NCBI GenBank assembly: GCA_040954595.2
Contig: CM082581.2
Span: 3,278,699-3,342,698 of the forward strand
DNA length: 64,000 bases
Direction of reading: 5' to 3'
Source: Balanoglossus misakiensis
Taxonomy: Eukaryota; Animalia; Hemichordata
Shown here: positions 63,001 to 64,000 of the stretch, in pieces
Position numbering within the stretch: the stretch's first letter is position 1
Layout: each line of letters starts with the position of its first letter
The notes under the pieces: model-generated
What the model saw: only the letters and a program-made list of their open reading frames with translations
The model's database searches: none
What the model was told of the DNA's origin: nothing
Position numbers and translations under genes: made by a program

Positions 63001-63848
63001 GCTGTCACATCTAATTGATTCTTTTCCATTTGTGGCGGTCAATCATTCATATAAATGATCAATGTTTAACTACAACTATCAGTCGTGCACAACTTTGTCT
63101 ATGGTTAAAGCCCCAATAGCTGCCAATTTTTAAACATTAGTTTCATGGTTTCACTTTCAAACTTAGAATGATCTATTAAGTTAGTTAAAGGGACAAAGTC
63201 TCTCTCTCTCGCTGCCCTTTTTCCATTAATTATGTTTGATACAAGACACCGTAGATGTGGCTATATATTGAATCAATGTTCAACCACACACACCTTCCAT
63301 CCTGCTTGTAGGCACAAGAGTGAAAAAAACTCACCAAAATGAATAATCAGTCTCTACCATTTATTCATTTTGGGCGAGTTTTTACTCTCATATCAGAGAG
63401 AGACTTTGTCCCTTTAACTGGTGGGTATACACAACCATATTATCAACATCTAATTTGTGGGTACACATGTAATTATAAATAAATTAATTAATAAACAGGT
63501 GCCACACCCATTTATTTAACTGCCCATTAGGAGAGTGCCCAACTATGGTGGTATGCACACATGGGTGTTAGAATCTCCGCAAATTCAAAATGGCGTCATT
63601 TGTCAACTCATGATAAGTAGAAAATTGAAATATTTCATTGATTAAAAAAAAAAGCTAAAAGTGGCAGCTATTGGAGCTTTAACTTGACTTGCTGCCTTAC
63701 CTTAAACTTAATGAAATGGACCAGTTGTTGAGACAGCTCTGTATCGTTTCTGAAATCCACCTCATAAAATCCCTCCATCCAAACTTGAATGATATCCATT
63801 GCACGGCAGTGTACTTTCATGCGATCTTCCTTCTCTTCTGATGTGATA
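56848..63848 (-). CDS. KNDC1: Very-KIND / kinase non-catalytic C-lobe domain-containing protein 1, 3' part (REM + CDC25 RasGEF domains; seven exons)
   Basis: Exons 63701-63848, 62435-62617, 60752-60973, 60059-60328, 58576-58698, 57290-57507 and 56848-57076 are GT-AG and in phase. VSHWVSCEIL, LLSKFIHLAKTCYELRNY, FLKSDSHCL, PTLP...LMHVQQLEIGSFTLANGMYKWTKLR and the terminal LKRVKASLQ* match the KNDC1 C-terminus as I recall it. Confidence 0.9.
57290..57507 (-). CDS. KNDC1: KNDC1 coding exon
   Basis: AWRSIPAK...KWTKL AG|GTAAGT. Confidence 0.9.
57976..58190. repeat. Interrupted inverted repeat / old MITE
   Basis: GGGCTGTGTGTCTTA...GTAGACTCTCTCACAGCCC mirrored by GGGCTGTGAGAGAGTCTAC...TAAGACACACAGCCC. 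Confidence 0.65.
58576..58698 (-). CDS. KNDC1: KNDC1 coding exon
   Basis: AQIALLSKF...LIIRQVP|GTGAGT. Confidence 0.9.
60059..60328 (-). CDS. KNDC1: KNDC1 coding exon
   Basis: EMFKKIHPTNLMNSRAFGV...VSHWVSCEILCCSSVK|GTACGT. Confidence 0.9.
60752..60973 (-). CDS. KNDC1: KNDC1 coding exon (absent from ORF track on this strand)
   Basis: TNPFKAAIG...WFSISEHLTSTLAYQMTLMQQ|GTGAGA; 74 codons, phase 0/0. Confidence 0.82.
61338..61838 (+). mobile_element. Hairpin-ended element (possibly Crypton-like)
   Basis: TTTAAGCAATAACCCCCGCC...GGCGGGGGTTATTGCT hairpin; ATTATATTATATCA (61441-61454) is inverted at 61825-61838. Confidence 0.55.
62096..62299. mobile_element. TA-flanked MITE (sibling of 35702-36073)
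   Basis: TA|CTGTAAAACAC...GTTTCACAG|TA; same internal sequence. Confidence 0.8.
62435..62617 (-). CDS. KNDC1: KNDC1 coding exon
   Basis: VIPVDPQGEHLLLIL...AQTKS|GTAGGT. Confidence 0.78.
62732..62904. mobile_element. Short TTAA-flanked element; inverted homologue at about 47060-47230
   Basis: TTAA|AGGTAT...TATACC|TTAA; shares about 140 bp in reverse orientation with 47065-47203. Confidence 0.65.
63109..63678. mobile_element. AGCCCC-family TTAA MITE with a nested AGGGACAAAG MITE (63189-63413)
   Basis: TTAA|AGCCCCAATAGCTGCCA...TGGCAGCTATTGGAGCT|TTAA; the inner element is also TTAA-flanked. Confidence 0.8.
63701..63848 (-). CDS. KNDC1: KNDC1 coding exon (REM domain; absent from ORF track)
   Basis: KVHCRAMDIIQVWMEGFYEVDFRNDTELSQQLVHFIKFK|GTAAGG. 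Confidence 0.85.
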
Positions 63849-64000
63849 CTGAAATGAAGAGGACTTCAATTATAGCAAAGAAGCCATTTTTGTTTCTTCA
63901 TCCACAGGTAAATGTAAGAGTGCACCATTGTTTTCACTGACGCTTATTTGCATGCTGGCTGCGCAGTTTCTGTTCTCGCTGAGAAATAATGTTTTGCACA

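Overview
AT-rich, intron-containing animal genomic DNA, probably an invertebrate; the taxon cannot be fixed from the window. Three host genes can be reconstructed exon by exon with GT-AG sites and consistent phases. (1) The last six coding exons of clathrin interactor 1/epsinR (CLINT1, + strand, 228-5147). (2) A complete 8-exon high-affinity choline transporter (SLC5A7/CHT1, - strand, 22522-39609, 591 aa). (3) The last seven exons of a very-KIND RasGEF (KNDC1, - strand, 56848-63848). Just downstream of CLINT1 lies a spliced, uninterrupted DEDDh 3'-5' exonuclease ORF (6685-7868) with no obvious upstream exon. It is phase-compatible with CLINT1 and has short antisense copies of its own CDS downstream. 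Next comes a Helentron/DINE-like element that appears inserted into another copy of itself, carrying 237-bp tandem arrays and a nested TTAA element, followed by retroelement debris and an 87-bp satellite. The satellite monomer recurs inside a palindromic MITE 12 kb away. Introns and intergenic DNA are dense with MITEs: several TTAA families, TAA Harbinger-like, TA Tc1-like, 9-bp-TSD palindromes and three hairpin-ended elements. No rRNA, tRNA or CRISPR features were found. Superfamily assignments rest on terminal and TSD signatures only; no database search was run.
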